The notes beneath the pieces are model-generated. The model had not been told where the DNA came from. It ran no database searches and was given only the letters and a program-made list of their open reading frames with translations. A DNA stretch of 64,000 nucleotides from an uncultured Desulfosarcina sp. (lineage in GTDB: Bacteria > Desulfobacterota > Desulfobacteria > Desulfobacterales > Desulfosarcinaceae): NCBI GenBank assembly GCA_963674945.2, contig CAXXWQ010000004.1, positions 1,344,001 to 1,408,000 on the forward strand. The letters run 5' to 3'. The position numbers and the translations under genes were made by a program. Below, in pieces: positions 37,555 to 48,521 of the stretch. Each line of letters begins with the position of its first letter. Position 1 is the stretch's first letter.

Positions 37555-39831
37555 GTGAGTAAACCCCTGGTTGTGGTGGAATCACCCACGAAGGTCAGAA
37601 CCATTAAAAAGTATCTGGGAGGAGACTACAACGTCGCTGCCACGGTAGGCCATATCAAGGATCTGCCCAGCAAGGATCTCGGGATCGACATCGAAAAGGA
37701 TTTTACCCCCCACTACCGTACCATTCCCGGAAAGTCGAAGATACTCAGTCAGCTGAAATCCGCCGCCGGAGATACGACAGATGTGTATCTGGCCCCGGAC
37801 CCGGACCGGGAAGGGGAAGCCATCGCATGGCATACGTCGGAAGTTTTGAAGAAAAAGGGCCGCCGGTTCCACCGGGTGCTGTTTCACGAGTTGACCAAAA
37901 AAGCGATCCTGGAAGCCATGGGAAAGGCCCAGGAACTGGACCGTGACAAATACGAGGCCCAGCAGGCCCGACGGATTTTGGACAGATTGGTGGGGTACCA
38001 GATCTCCCCTTTGCTTTGGCGCAAGGTAAAAGGCGGCCTTAGCGCGGGACGGGTACAAAGTGTCGCCGTTCGCATTATCTGCGACCGGGAACGGGCCATC
38101 CATGCCTTTACACCCGTGGAGTATTGGTCCATCACCGCCAACCTCAAGGGCGAAATACCCCCCAATTTTTCCGCCAAACTGGCGCGAAAAGCGGGAAAGA
38201 AAATCGAGATTCCCGATGAGACCACTGCCAAGGCCATTTTGAAGGAACTGGAATCGGCCTCCTTCATCCTCGACAAAGTGGTCAAGCGTACCACCAAGAG
38301 AAACCCGCTGCCGCCGTTTATCACCAGCAAACTCCAGCAGGAATCCATCCGGAAACTTCGTTTTTCGGCCAAAAAAACCATGATGGTTGCCCAGCAGCTC
38401 TACGAAGGAATCGACCTGGGGCCCGGCGAGCCGGTCGGTTTAATTACCTACATGCGTACCGACTCTACCCGAATCGCCGACGAAGCGGCCTACGAGGCGC
38501 TCGGGTTAATCGAGGAAAAATACGGCAGAAACTACGCCATTGCCAAGCCGCGATTTTTCAAGAACAAAAACAAGGCCCAGGATGCCCACGAAGCCATTCG
38601 TCCGACATCGGTCTATCATACACCGGAGAAGCTCAAACCACATCTGAGCCACGATCAGCTTGCCCTGTACACCATTATCTGGCAACGATTCGTTGCCTCC
38701 CAGATGGCCCAGGCCCTGATCGACCAGAAGACGCTCTCCATCGCAGCCGGCGAATACACATTTACGGCCAGCGGCAGCTCGGTGAAATTTCCCGGATTTC
38801 TGGCAGTCTACCAAAGCGCCGACGACGAAGCGGAAAGCAATAAAAAGAGCCAGCCGCTGCCGGAATTGTCGGAGAAGACCATATTGACACTTCTGGGGAT
38901 CGACCCCAAACAGCACTTTACCCAGCCGCCGCCGCGATTCAGCGAAGCATCCCTGGTCAAGGAGCTGGAAGAGAACGGCATCGGCAGACCCAGCACCTAT
39001 GCCGCCATTTTGTCCACCATCCGGGACAAGGGGTACGTGGAAATGATCAATCGCTACTTTCGCCCGACGGAGCTTGGTTTCATCGTCAACGACCTGCTCA
39101 TGGACAACTTTCCGGAGATCCTGGACGTGGAATTCACCGCCCGTCTGGAAAACGACCTGGACCGTGTGGAACAGGCCGATGTGGAAGCACTGACCATTCT
39201 CAACCAGTTTTACGGCCCCTTCAGCAAAAAACTGGCCGAGGCCGCTGAAAACATGCTCAGCGTCAAAGGTGTCGGTATGCCCACGGACCTTACCTGCCCG
39301 TTATGTAAGAAAAATCCGTTGCGCATAAAGATGGGGAAAAACGGCCATTTTCTGGCTTGCAGCGGATATCCGGAATGTACCTATTCCAGCGATTACGAAA
39401 GGGACGAAAAGGGCGTCATCGCTCCGGTGGCGCCGGTTCAAAGCGAGGCCACCGATCAGGTCTGTGAGCTTTGCGGCAAACCTATGGTGATCAAGAGAGG
39501 CCGCTACGGCGATTTCATCGCCTGCACCGGTTATCCGGAGTGCAAGCACACGCAATCGCTCAACGGCGGTGCCAACGCCAAATCCATCGGCGTCCCTTGC
39601 CCCGAAAAAGAGTGTGATGGCGAAATCGTTGAAAAAAAATCCAAGCGGGGAAAGATCTTTTATGGTTGCAACCGCTATCCCAAATGTGAATTCGCCAGCT
39701 GGGATCGGCCCGTGGCCATCGAGTGCCCTGCCTGTAAGAATCCCTTTATGGTGGAAAAAACCACAAAGAAAGAGGGAACCATTCATGTTTGCCCCAACCG
39801 TCAATGCCGGCATAAGCAGCCGGTTGGATAA
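37555..39831 (+). CDS. topA: DNA topoisomerase I
   Basis: VVESPTK, DPDREGEAI, SAGRVQS, ITYMRTDS, three C-terminal C4 zinc ribbons. Confidence 0.97.
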   Translation: MSKPLVVVESPTKVRTIKKYLGGDYNVAATVGHIKDLPSKDLGIDIEKDFTPHYRTIPGKSKILSQLKSAAGDTTDVYLAPDPDREGEAIAWHTSEVLKKKGRRFHRVLFHELTKKAILEAMGKAQELDRDKYEAQQARRILDRLVGYQISPLLWRKVKGGLSAGRVQSVAVRIICDRERAIHAFTPVEYWSITANLKGEIPPNFSAKLARKAGKKIEIPDETTAKAILKELESASFILDKVVKRTTKRNPLPPFITSKLQQESIRKLRFSAKKTMMVAQQLYEGIDLGPGEPVGLITYMRTDSTRIADEAAYEALGLIEEKYGRNYAIAKPRFFKNKNKAQDAHEAIRPTSVYHTPEKLKPHLSHDQLALYTIIWQRFVASQMAQALIDQKTLSIAAGEYTFTASGSSVKFPGFLAVYQSADDEAESNKKSQPLPELSEKTILTLLGIDPKQHFTQPPPRFSEASLVKELEENGIGRPSTYAAILSTIRDKGYVEMINRYFRPTELGFIVNDLLMDNFPEILDVEFTARLENDLDRVEQADVEALTILNQFYGPFSKKLAEAAENMLSVKGVGMPTDLTCPLCKKNPLRIKMGKNGHFLACSGYPECTYSSDYERDEKGVIAPVAPVQSEATDQVCELCGKPMVIKRGRYGDFIACTGYPECKHTQSLNGGANAKSIGVPCPEKECDGEIVEKKSKRGKIFYGCNRYPKCEFASWDRPVAIECPACKNPFMVEKTTKKEGTIHVCPNRQCRHKQPVG

Positions 39832-39969
39832 TTAAGAATAGAGAATTGATAATTGAAACGGAATCACACCATCTTCCCAAATTCGGTGATCAGTTCTCAG
39901 TAAAAGAAACCATGCGCTTTCAACTTTCATTCATCAACAACCATGAACTGCGAACCGAGAACCGAGAAC
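39832..39969. repeat. Degenerate heptamer-repeat remnants between topA and tex
   Basis: AGAATAG-AGAATTG-ATAATTG right after the topA stop; GAACTGC-GAACCGA-GAACCGA-GAAC before tex. Confidence 0.45.
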
Positions 39970-42276
39970 GTGGAAATTAAAACCGTAGATCCGTCCCACA
40001 TCAACCGCATCGGTGGCGAACTTTCCATTAAGACCGCTTCCATCGAAGCCGTGGCCCGATTGCTGGAAGAAGGTGCCACCGTGCCATTTATCGCACGATA
40101 CCGAAAAGAGGCCACCGGCAGTCTGGATGAAGTGGCGGTTTCCAGCATCCGGGATCGACTGATCCAACTGCGGGAACTGGATGGCCGGCGGGAAACCATC
40201 ATAAAGTCCCTCGAACAACACGGTCATCTGAACGACGAACTCGAAGGAAAAATCATGTCCGCCGAGACCATGGCGGAGTTGGAAGATCTCTACCTTCCCT
40301 ATCGGCCCAGACGCAGAACAAAGGCCACTATCGCCCGTGAAAAGGGGCTCGAACCCTTGGCCATGACCATCCTGGCCCAGGACGGTACCGAACCGCAAAA
40401 GATTGCATCCGACTACCTGGATGCGGACAAAAATGTGGGGTCCATAGAAGAGGCCTTGGCCGGCGCCCGGGACATCATCGCCGAAACCATTAACGAGGAT
40501 CAGGAAGTACGCAGCCGGGTGCGGGAGCTTTTCTTTCAAAAGGCGGTCATCGAAAGCAAAGTGGTTACCGGCAAAGAGGCCGAAGGGGTCAAATACAAAG
40601 ATTATTTTGATTGGTCGGAGCCCGTTTGCCATGCCCCCTCCCATCGAATCCTGGCCATGCGGCGAGGTGAAAAGGAGGACGTGCTTAGCCTTACCATCGC
40701 TCCCGAACCGGAGCCGGCCATCGCCATTCTGGAGGATCTGTTCGTCAAAGGAAACGGCCCCGATGGTGAGCAGGTTCGACTCGCCGCCCATGACGCCTAC
40801 AAGCGTCTTCTGTCCCGCTCCATGGAGACCGAAATTCGCGTAGCCCTCAAGGAACGCGCCGACACGGAAGCCATCGGCGTTTTTGCCGACAACCTGCGGC
40901 AGCTTTTGCTGGCTTCTCCTTTGGGAGCAAAAAGGGTGATGGGCATCGATCCGGGTTTTCGCACCGGATGCAAGTTGGTCTGTCTGGACCGGCAGGGGAA
41001 ACTGCTGCACAATGAGACCATCTTTCCCCATGGCTCACAACACCAGGCCGATGAAGCCGCAAAGACACTCCAAAATTTGTGCCGACAATTTCATATTGAG
41101 GCGGTAGCGGTGGGAAACGGCACCGCAGGCCGTGAAACACAGACCTTCGTGCAGAAAACCATCGACGCCAAAGCGGTGCCGGTGATCATGGTCAATGAGA
41201 GTGGCGCTTCGGTCTATTCCGCCTCACAAATCGCCCGGGAGGAATTTCCCGACCACGATCTCACCGTCCGTGGTGCTGTTTCCATCGGTCGACGCCTCAT
41301 GGACCCATTGTCCGAGCTGGTCAAAATCGATCCCAAATCCATCGGCGTGGGGCAATACCAGCACGACGTGGATCAGTTCGCCCTCAAAGGGACGCTGGAT
41401 GACGTGGTGATCAGCTGTGTCAACGGCGTAGGCGTCGAGGTAAACCGGGCCAGCGTCCAGCTACTCACCTACGTCTCGGGTTTGGGACCGCAACTTGCCA
41501 AAAATATCGTTGCATACCGGGATGAAAACGGTGCCTTCTCCGACCGCAGGTCCCTTACAAAAGTAAAACGGCTCGGCCCCAAGGCCTTCGAACAGTGCGC
41601 CGGTTTCCTGCGGATCAAAGACGGCAACGACCCCTTGGATGCCAGTGCCGTACACCCGGAGAGCTATGCGGTGGTGCAGACCATGGCCGACGACCTGGGA
41701 TGCGACGTATCCGATCTGATCAACGATGACGCCCTGCGAAAGAAAATCGATCTGAACCGTTACGTTTCCGAAACCATCGGCATCCCCACGCTTACGGACA
41801 TTATGGAGGAATTGGCCAAACCGGGAAGGGATCCACGGGAACCCTTCGAGCATTTTGCCTTCGATGAAAACGTTAGTACCATGCAGGATTTGATTCCTGG
41901 AATGAAACTGCCCGGCATCATAACGAACGTCACCAATTTTGGCGCATTCGTGGATATCGGCGTCCACCAGGATGGTCTGGTGCACATCAGTGAACTGGCC
42001 GATCGCTTCGTGAAGACGCCTTCGGACGTGGTCCAGGTCCAGCAAAAGGTCCAAGTCACCGTAATGGAGGTGGATATCCCCCGCAGTCGTATCTCCCTTT
42101 CCATGAAGCGCCGACCTGGCGAAAAGCCTCAGCCCAAGTCCCATAACAAGCCCCAGTACAAAACGGCGCCGGGCAAACGTCGCAACCGGGGCAAACAACC
42201 ACGGAAAGAGCCGTCGGGACCAAAACCCTTCAACAACCCCTTTGCAGACGCCTTTGGCAAGGCGTCGGAGCGATAG
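39970..42276 (+). CDS. tex: Tex-family RNA-binding transcriptional accessory protein
   Basis: GATVPFIARYRKEATG, GIDPGFRTGCK, IGVGQYQHDV, S1 domain. Confidence 0.95.
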   Translation: MEIKTVDPSHINRIGGELSIKTASIEAVARLLEEGATVPFIARYRKEATGSLDEVAVSSIRDRLIQLRELDGRRETIIKSLEQHGHLNDELEGKIMSAETMAELEDLYLPYRPRRRTKATIAREKGLEPLAMTILAQDGTEPQKIASDYLDADKNVGSIEEALAGARDIIAETINEDQEVRSRVRELFFQKAVIESKVVTGKEAEGVKYKDYFDWSEPVCHAPSHRILAMRRGEKEDVLSLTIAPEPEPAIAILEDLFVKGNGPDGEQVRLAAHDAYKRLLSRSMETEIRVALKERADTEAIGVFADNLRQLLLASPLGAKRVMGIDPGFRTGCKLVCLDRQGKLLHNETIFPHGSQHQADEAAKTLQNLCRQFHIEAVAVGNGTAGRETQTFVQKTIDAKAVPVIMVNESGASVYSASQIAREEFPDHDLTVRGAVSIGRRLMDPLSELVKIDPKSIGVGQYQHDVDQFALKGTLDDVVISCVNGVGVEVNRASVQLLTYVSGLGPQLAKNIVAYRDENGAFSDRRSLTKVKRLGPKAFEQCAGFLRIKDGNDPLDASAVHPESYAVVQTMADDLGCDVSDLINDDALRKKIDLNRYVSETIGIPTLTDIMEELAKPGRDPREPFEHFAFDENVSTMQDLIPGMKLPGIITNVTNFGAFVDIGVHQDGLVHISELADRFVKTPSDVVQVQQKVQVTVMEVDIPRSRISLSMKRRPGEKPQPKSHNKPQYKTAPGKRRNRGKQPRKEPSGPKPFNNPFADAFGKASER

Positions 42277-42285
42277 AGGGATGGG

Positions 42286-42726
42286 ATGATCGCAGTTATT
42301 CAGCGGGTCACCCATAGCAGCGTCGCCGTGGACGGCGCCACGGTTGGTGCCATCGGCCCCGGCATCAACCTGCTGCTCGGGGTGGCCGAAGGAGACAAGA
42401 AGGCCGATGCCGAATACATGGCGGCCAAAGTGGCCAACCTTCGCATCTTCGAAGATGACAATGGCAAAATGAACCGTTCACTGTTGGATACACGGGGAGA
42501 AATGCTTGTGATCTCTCAATTCACTTTGTTGGGAGACTGTCGCAAGGGAAGACGTCCCTCCTTTGTCAAGGCAGCAGCGCCGGCGGTCGCAAAAGAGCTT
42601 TACGAATATTTCATCGACCGGGTAAAAGCCCTCGGCATCGAGGTTCAGGCGGGCCGGTTCGGCGCCATGATGCAGGTCCAAATCGCCAATGACGGTCCGG
42701 TCACGCTACTGGTTCACAGTAAGTAA
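42286..42726 (+). CDS. dtd: D-aminoacyl-tRNA deacylase
   Basis: QRV, SQFTL, GRRPSF, NDGPVT. Confidence 0.96.
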   Translation: MIAVIQRVTHSSVAVDGATVGAIGPGINLLLGVAEGDKKADAEYMAAKVANLRIFEDDNGKMNRSLLDTRGEMLVISQFTLLGDCRKGRRPSFVKAAAPAVAKELYEYFIDRVKALGIEVQAGRFGAMMQVQIANDGPVTLLVHSK

Positions 42727-42761
42727 TTGTTCGTTCATCACCCTTTACGCAAAGGAGACGG

Positions 42762-43214
42762 ATGGTACCCAGTGTTCCTGGAACTTACATGCTCTTACTG
42801 AAACTCGCCGCTCCCCGTACGGTAAGAATCGGAAAAATCGGAGAGAACGCATTCGAGCCTGGCTATTACTGCTACGTGGGAAGTGCGCTCGGTCCTGGTG
42901 GACTCAAGGCAAGACTTGGCCGTCACGCCAGAATACCGCGCAAGAAACATTGGCACATCGATTACCTTCGGCCCCATGTCGAAGTGGTGGGCGCCCTGAT
43001 CAAACAGAGCCCCCGTAAAGCAGAGTGCCATTTCTCTCAGTGGGTTGCGAAGAGAGCAGCGGCTTGTATAAAAGGGTTCGGGGCCTCGGACTGCCTGTGC
43101 CAGGGCCATTTATACTACCTCGGCAGGTCTTTTAAGAAGGGTGTCTTCACGAATCCGGCCGTGGCCGATCTCCATGTTTCGTGGGTGACGCCAACGGCCC
43201 TTCGGTCTTTTTGA
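42762..43214 (+). CDS. GIY-YIG nuclease-family protein (DUF123-like)
   Basis: GTYML, YCYVGSALG, HWHIDYL, GFGASDCLC. Confidence 0.85.
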   Translation: MVPSVPGTYMLLLKLAAPRTVRIGKIGENAFEPGYYCYVGSALGPGGLKARLGRHARIPRKKHWHIDYLRPHVEVVGALIKQSPRKAECHFSQWVAKRAAACIKGFGASDCLCQGHLYYLGRSFKKGVFTNPAVADLHVSWVTPTALRSF

Positions 43215-43323
43215 ATGATCCTCTTCTGGCCGCATCGGTAACCACCCGCATTTGTTCCGATTTCCATTGCGAAGATCTCTATTTCGGCGTCCATCCCCTC
43301 GGCAGTACCGTGGATAGGGCGGT

Positions 43324-43806
43324 CTACCGATTGTATGGATTGGTCTTGGAAAAGAGATGAAAGTAGATATCCGCGATATAGATGAGCCCGATGGGTCTTT
43401 CATCTACCAAAACAGGCAGTCGACGAAACTTGTTTTTGATCAATCGATCCAAAACAATCATGATGTGATCATCCATATTGGCACCCTGAACGTTGTAGGA
43501 CATGATATTGTGAACTTTTTTCCCCTGAAAGGAATCGATAAGGCTCTTGATTTGCCCTCTCCAGTTCAACGTTTCGCCATCGATGCCACAGTTCAAGTAC
43601 TCCGGCCGGAGATGGTACAACACATCAAACATCGTCACGATGCCGACGAGCTTTTGTGTATCGTCGACAACCAATAGCGTATCGTTTTTGTGCCCGGACT
43701 TCCTTACAGCACCGTTGGAAATCTTGAATATGGCTTCTTCGGCATGTGCGTCTTCATGAATCGTATCAAAATCCGTGACCATAATGTCTTTGACGAATAA
43801 TGTCAT
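43324..43806 (-). CDS. CBS-domain protein
   Basis: VKDIM, LVGIVTMFDV, FRRLPVL...IGLIYIADI. Confidence 0.85.
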   Translation of the reverse strand: MTLFVKDIMVTDFDTIHEDAHAEEAIFKISNGAVRKSGHKNDTLLVVDDTQKLVGIVTMFDVLYHLRPEYLNCGIDGETLNWRGQIKSLIDSFQGKKVHNIMSYNVQGANMDDHIMIVLDRLIKNKFRRLPVLVDERPIGLIYIADIYFHLFSKTNPYNR

Positions 43807-43985
43807 ATTCTTTTATTGCTCCTTTACCAATGAAAAGAAGACCAAGGGTACGCTGTACCAAAAGACTGACCGAAAAGACGATATATACCTTTTAGCGTCC
43901 ATGAAATGCAAGAATCTATTGAGACTTTTCGCCGTAGTATAAAAGAAAAAACCGGATCCACACAATCCCCGATTGCGATTCGCTG

Positions 43986-44981
43986 CTATGGCATGCTGGC
44001 GGACCCTGCCGTCAATAGGCGGAACCGGTCGATCAGTCCTGCCATATCGTCCGGAATGGGGGCCGTTGCCGTTATGGGCACTTTCGTTACCGGATGGGTG
44101 ATGCGAAGACGAAAGGCGTGAAGCATCTGGCGGCCGGCTTGCACAGCCGAATCAGCCATGGACCTGCTCTCTTTTTCCAGTTGTTTGATCGCTCCCCGGG
44201 TTTTGTATATGGAATCTCCGATCACCGGATGGCCAAGTGCCTGGCAATGTACCCGGATCTGGTGGGTCCGACCGGTGCGGATGTCCAATCTCAGAAGAGC
44301 TGCACCCACAAATGTTTCTTGCACACGGTAATGGGTAAATGCCCCCCTGGGCGTATGGGTATGAATGGACATTTTTTTTCGATCGTTATGGTGTCGGCCG
44401 ATGGGCAGGTCGATGGTTCCCTCAGCGGAGGATGGGATACCGTAGACCAGTGCCAGGTAGTGCTTTTGAACGGCCCGCGATTTGAATTGTGCCGCCAGAT
44501 GGCGCATGGCGCAGGCGGTCTTGGCAACCACCAGCGCGCCGGAGGTGTCCTTGTCCAGGCGGTGAACGATTCCTGGCCGGACGGTTCCGGAAATGCCCGA
44601 AAGCTGAGGACAATGATGCATCAAGGCGTTGACCAGCGTTCCCGTCCGATGCCCCGGAGCGGTGTGTACCACCATGCCCGGTGGCTTGTTGACGATCAGA
44701 AGTTCATTGTCCTCGAAAAGAATATCCAGGGGGATCGCTTCTGCCCGATACGAAGATTGTGTATCAGGGGGTGGAATCCGACCGAGGATCTCTTCTCCGG
44801 CTTTGACCGAATAACCGGGCTTTTTGGTGGTGCCATCCACGGTAACGCTGCCCTGGCGGATCAATGTCGCGGCGAAAGATCGGGAGAGTTGTTCGATTTC
44901 AGCAGCGATGATCGTATCCAGTCGGTACCCGGCCTGGACTTGCGCCACGCGGATCGTAAAAGACGACGGTATACTGGCCAT
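43986..44981 (-). CDS. RluA-family (RluD-like) pseudouridine synthase
   Basis: S4 domain, NKPPGMVVH, VHRLDKDTSG, TGRTHQIRVH. Confidence 0.94.
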   Translation of the reverse strand: MASIPSSFTIRVAQVQAGYRLDTIIAAEIEQLSRSFAATLIRQGSVTVDGTTKKPGYSVKAGEEILGRIPPPDTQSSYRAEAIPLDILFEDNELLIVNKPPGMVVHTAPGHRTGTLVNALMHHCPQLSGISGTVRPGIVHRLDKDTSGALVVAKTACAMRHLAAQFKSRAVQKHYLALVYGIPSSAEGTIDLPIGRHHNDRKKMSIHTHTPRGAFTHYRVQETFVGAALLRLDIRTGRTHQIRVHCQALGHPVIGDSIYKTRGAIKQLEKESRSMADSAVQAGRQMLHAFRLRITHPVTKVPITATAPIPDDMAGLIDRFRLLTAGSASMP

Positions 44982-45005
44982 GTTGGGGGACGAAAGCGGT
45001 AAACG

Positions 45006-45554
45006 CTATGAGGCTTTATTGTCCTTGAAGAGTTTTTCGATCTCCTTTAGGACGGCCTTCTCGCTGGCATCTTTTGCCGTTGAAAGTTCTTTGACGAGGA
45101 GATTCTGGGCGGTATCATAGAGCTTTCGCTCTCCGAAAGAGAGATCCTTGGTCGTCTTCAAGAGAGACAGATCCCGGTAGACCTCGGCGACTTCGAACAA
45201 TGAGCCGGTCTTGATCTTTTCCATATACTCTCGGTAGCGTCGATTCCATGTCTGATTGTCCATGGGTTGTTCTTGCCTGGATCGCATCACATCGAATATT
45301 TTGGGAATTTCTTCCTTTTTAATAACGTCCCGCAATCCAACCGACTCGACGTTCCAAGTGGGAATCATGATGACCATGGCGTTTTCGATGATCTTCATGA
45401 TGTAAAAATTATGCTCTTCCCCATTTACCACCTTGGTTTCGATGGCTTCGATGCGCCCCACACCGTGGGCAGGGTAAACGGCGAGATCACCAACTTTGAA
45501 CTCTCTTTGTACTTCAGATTCTTTCGCGCTGTCATTGACCGATTTATCTGCCAT
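45006..45554 (-). CDS. CarD/CdnL family transcriptional regulator
   Basis: FKVGDLAVYPAHGVG, WNRRYR, LSFGERK. Confidence 0.93.
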   Translation of the reverse strand: MADKSVNDSAKESEVQREFKVGDLAVYPAHGVGRIEAIETKVVNGEEHNFYIMKIIENAMVIMIPTWNVESVGLRDVIKKEEIPKIFDVMRSRQEQPMDNQTWNRRYREYMEKIKTGSLFEVAEVYRDLSLLKTTKDLSFGERKLYDTAQNLLVKELSTAKDASEKAVLKEIEKLFKDNKAS

Positions 45555-45752
45555 GTAGGTACCACTATAGGGGGGAAACACCACCCGTAAGCGAAGGGTT
45601 TTCCCGAATCATGTATCGGGACTCTTGGCGGCCACACCAACTTGTATTCTGTAAGTCTATTCCGTATTCTTAGCTTCCCGCCGCCTTCGTTGGGAAACGA
45701 AAACAAACCTATGGAATAACAAAATATACCACTGCCACTGCCAATAATCAAT

Positions 45753-45790
45753 AAAAAAAGGATTGGCACCATCTCCGTGCCAATCCTTTT
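45753..45790 (-). terminator. Rho-independent terminator after hppA
   Basis: AAAAGGATTGGCAC / GTGCCAATCCTTTT 14-bp stem followed by a T-run. Confidence 0.8.
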
Positions 45791-45828
45791 GGACAACAAC
45801 CTATGCGGGAAATCCCGCAGGGTTCACA

Positions 45829-47868
45829 TTACAGCAAGAACGGAACCATCAACAAGGCGACGACGTTGAGGATCTTGATCATCGGGTTGATGGCAGGGCC
45901 GGCGGTATCCTTGTAGGGGTCGCCGACAGTGTCACCGGTAACGGCAGCTTTGTGGGCATCACTGCCCTTACCGCCCAGATGTCCGTCTTCGATGTATTTC
46001 TTTGCATTGTCCCAGGCAGCACCACCGGTGGTCATGGACAGGGCCACGAACACGCCGGTAACGATGGAGCCGATGAGCAGTCCGCCGAGGGCGATCTTGC
46101 CGAGCAGGAGGCCGACGATTAATGGAGCGACGACGGGCAGCAGTGCGGGCACCAGCATCTCCTTGAGGGCGAACTTGGTGACGATGTCCACGCATGCACC
46201 GTAATCGGGTTTGGCGTTTCCTTCCATGATCCCCGGGATCTCGCGGAACTGACGGCGCACTTCCTCGACCACGGCGCCACCGGCCTTACCAACGGCCTTC
46301 ATGGCGATGGAGGCGAACAGGTAGGGCAGCAGACCGCCGATGAACAGACCGACGATGACGTTCACGTCAGAGAGGTCAAACTTGATGGCCTTCTCGGCAC
46401 CCTGCATCTGGAATTCCATAACATAAGCGGCAAACAGTACCAAGGCGGCCAGGCCGGCAGAACCGATGGCGTATCCCTTGGTAACGGCCTTGGTGGTGTT
46501 ACCCACGGCATCCAGCGGATCGGTGACGGCACGGACGCTCTCGTCCATCTCGGCCATCTCTGCGATACCACCGGCGTTGTCGGTGATGGGGCCGTATGCA
46601 TCGATGGCGATGACCATACCGGTCATGGAGAGCATGGACATGGCGGCCATGGCGATACCGTAAAGACCGCCAAAATTATAAGCAAGAAGGATGGAAACAC
46701 AGATGGCCAGTACCGGAGCTGCGGTCGCCTGCATGGAGACGGCCAGGCCGGCAATGATGTTGGTGCCGTGACCCGTCGTGGAGGCGTCGGCAATGCCCTT
46801 TACCGGAGAGTAGATACCGGTGTAGAACTCGGTGATAATGACGATGACGACGGTCAGCACCAGACCGATCAGCGCACAATAATAGATATTCATCGGAGTG
46901 ATGGCTCTTTCCCCGATAACCAGACCCGCCTCGGGCATGAACTTGATGCAAGCATAGTAGAAAGCGACAGCCGCGAGGATAGCGGAACCGAACATACCCT
47001 TGTACAGTGCGCCCATGATGTATCCGCCGCTGCCCAGACGGACGAAGAAGACGGCGATCATGGAGGCGATGATGGAAATGGCGCCGAGGATCAGCGGAAA
47101 CTCGGTGGCCATGGGGACATCGGGGAAGAGCAGGTGGCCGATGAGCATGGCGGCCACGGCGGTGACGGCATAGGTCTCGAACAGGTCGGCGGCCATACCG
47201 GCACAGTCACCCACGTTGTCGCCCACGTTGTCGGCGATGGTGGCGGGGTTTCTGGGGTCGTCTTCGGGGATTCCGGCTTCGACCTTACCAACCAGGTCGG
47301 CGCCGACGTCTGCACCCTTGGTGAAGATACCGCCGCCGAGACGGGCGAAGATGGAGATGAGGCTGCCGCCGAAACCGAGGGCGACCAGGGCGATGACGTC
47401 ATGGGTAGCGGTGTAGTATCCGGCGACGGAGGTCAGGGCCAGCCCGGCGACGATCATCCCGGTAACGGAGCCGCCTTTGAAGGCCATGGACAGGCCGGCG
47501 GACATGCCTTTTTTGGCTGCTTCGGCGGTACGCACGTTGGCCAGAACCGAAACGCGCATGCCGATGTAACCGGCGCAGAAAGAGGCAACGGCACCGATCA
47601 GGAAGCCGATGGCGGTTTTGGCGCCCATGGTGGCGAAGATAACGCCGAAAATAATGATACCTGCGATTCCCATGCTCTTGAGCTGCCGGTTCAGGTAGGC
47701 GATGGCGCCTTCCTGGATAGCGCCGGCGATGGCCTGCATTTTCTCATTTCCAGCCGGAGCGCCTCTGACGACACCAGCAAGAATAATCGAGAAGAGCACA
47801 CCAGCACAGCCGACCAGCGTACACACGAGCGGTATGTTGTTCATTACACCTTCCATTCTTTCCTCCAT
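45829..47868 (-). CDS. hppA: Membrane-integral pyrophosphatase, K+-independent H+-translocating type
   Basis: [47 protein letters not shown]. Confidence 0.93.
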   Translation of the reverse strand: MEERMEGVMNNIPLVCTLVGCAGVLFSIILAGVVRGAPAGNEKMQAIAGAIQEGAIAYLNRQLKSMGIAGIIIFGVIFATMGAKTAIGFLIGAVASFCAGYIGMRVSVLANVRTAEAAKKGMSAGLSMAFKGGSVTGMIVAGLALTSVAGYYTATHDVIALVALGFGGSLISIFARLGGGIFTKGADVGADLVGKVEAGIPEDDPRNPATIADNVGDNVGDCAGMAADLFETYAVTAVAAMLIGHLLFPDVPMATEFPLILGAISIIASMIAVFFVRLGSGGYIMGALYKGMFGSAILAAVAFYYACIKFMPEAGLVIGERAITPMNIYYCALIGLVLTVVIVIITEFYTGIYSPVKGIADASTTGHGTNIIAGLAVSMQATAAPVLAICVSILLAYNFGGLYGIAMAAMSMLSMTGMVIAIDAYGPITDNAGGIAEMAEMDESVRAVTDPLDAVGNTTKAVTKGYAIGSAGLAALVLFAAYVMEFQMQGAEKAIKFDLSDVNVIVGLFIGGLLPYLFASIAMKAVGKAGGAVVEEVRRQFREIPGIMEGNAKPDYGACVDIVTKFALKEMLVPALLPVVAPLIVGLLLGKIALGGLLIGSIVTGVFVALSMTTGGAAWDNAKKYIEDGHLGGKGSDAHKAAVTGDTVGDPYKDTAGPAINPMIKILNVVALLMVPFLL

Positions 47869-47886
47869 TCAGTATTTTGCGTGAAA

Positions 47887-48519
47887 TCAAGGTTTTCTGT
47901 TAAACCGATTCATAGCTTCCCTTGCACCTTCACAAAGGATCATGCGAGCAGCCTCCATGGCCCGTGATAGAAAAGGTTCCAGCGCCCTTTGCTGATCGGG
48001 ATCGAAACACCCGAGAACATAATCCACCACCCCAATGTCACCATCCGGCCGCCCAATGCCCATTCGCACCCTTACGAATGCGTCTGTCCCAAGGGCATCG
48101 ATTAGGGACCTTATTCCATTGTGTCCGCCATCCCCCCCTTTCTCTTTGATTTTTAATCTTTCATAAGCAAGGTCAATGTCATCATGGATAACGACCATAT
48201 CCTCGCATTGGATCCCATAGCGTTGAACGATCTTTCGGACCGGTTCACCGGACCGGTTCATGAAGGCCATTGGTTTTACCACCAGAACCGGTATGTCGTC
48301 GATTGTCCCTTCTTCAACCTCGGCATCGATCCGGCCACGCTCTCTTCTCAGCCCGTATCTCTTTGAGAGCCCGTCGGCGACCATGAAACCGATGTTGTGG
48401 CGTGTCGAAGCATATGCCGATCCCGGATTGCCGAGGCCGATGATCAGATGTCGCCGGAGAATCGACGCTTGACGGCGCCGCACCCGTTGCCAAAACCCGA
48501 AGAGACGTTTCCCTGGCAA
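47887..48519 (-). CDS. pth: Peptidyl-tRNA hydrolase
   Basis: GLGNPG, TRHNIGF, HDDID, GGHNG; start uncertain. Confidence 0.95.
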   Translation of the reverse strand: MPGKRLFGFWQRVRRRQASILRRHLIIGLGNPGSAYASTRHNIGFMVADGLSKRYGLRRERGRIDAEVEEGTIDDIPVLVVKPMAFMNRSGEPVRKIVQRYGIQCEDMVVIHDDIDLAYERLKIKEKGGDGGHNGIRSLIDALGTDAFVRVRMGIGRPDGDIGVVDYVLGCFDPDQQRALEPFLSRAMEAARMILCEGAREAMNRFNRKP

Positions 48520-48521
48520 CG

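Noticed and set aside
39934..42315. 365-aa and 284-aa minus-strand ORFs
   Set aside because: Antisense to tex; shadow ORFs.
46768..47967. 399-aa plus-strand ORF opposite hppA
   Set aside because: Antisense shadow of a strongly codon-biased membrane protein gene.
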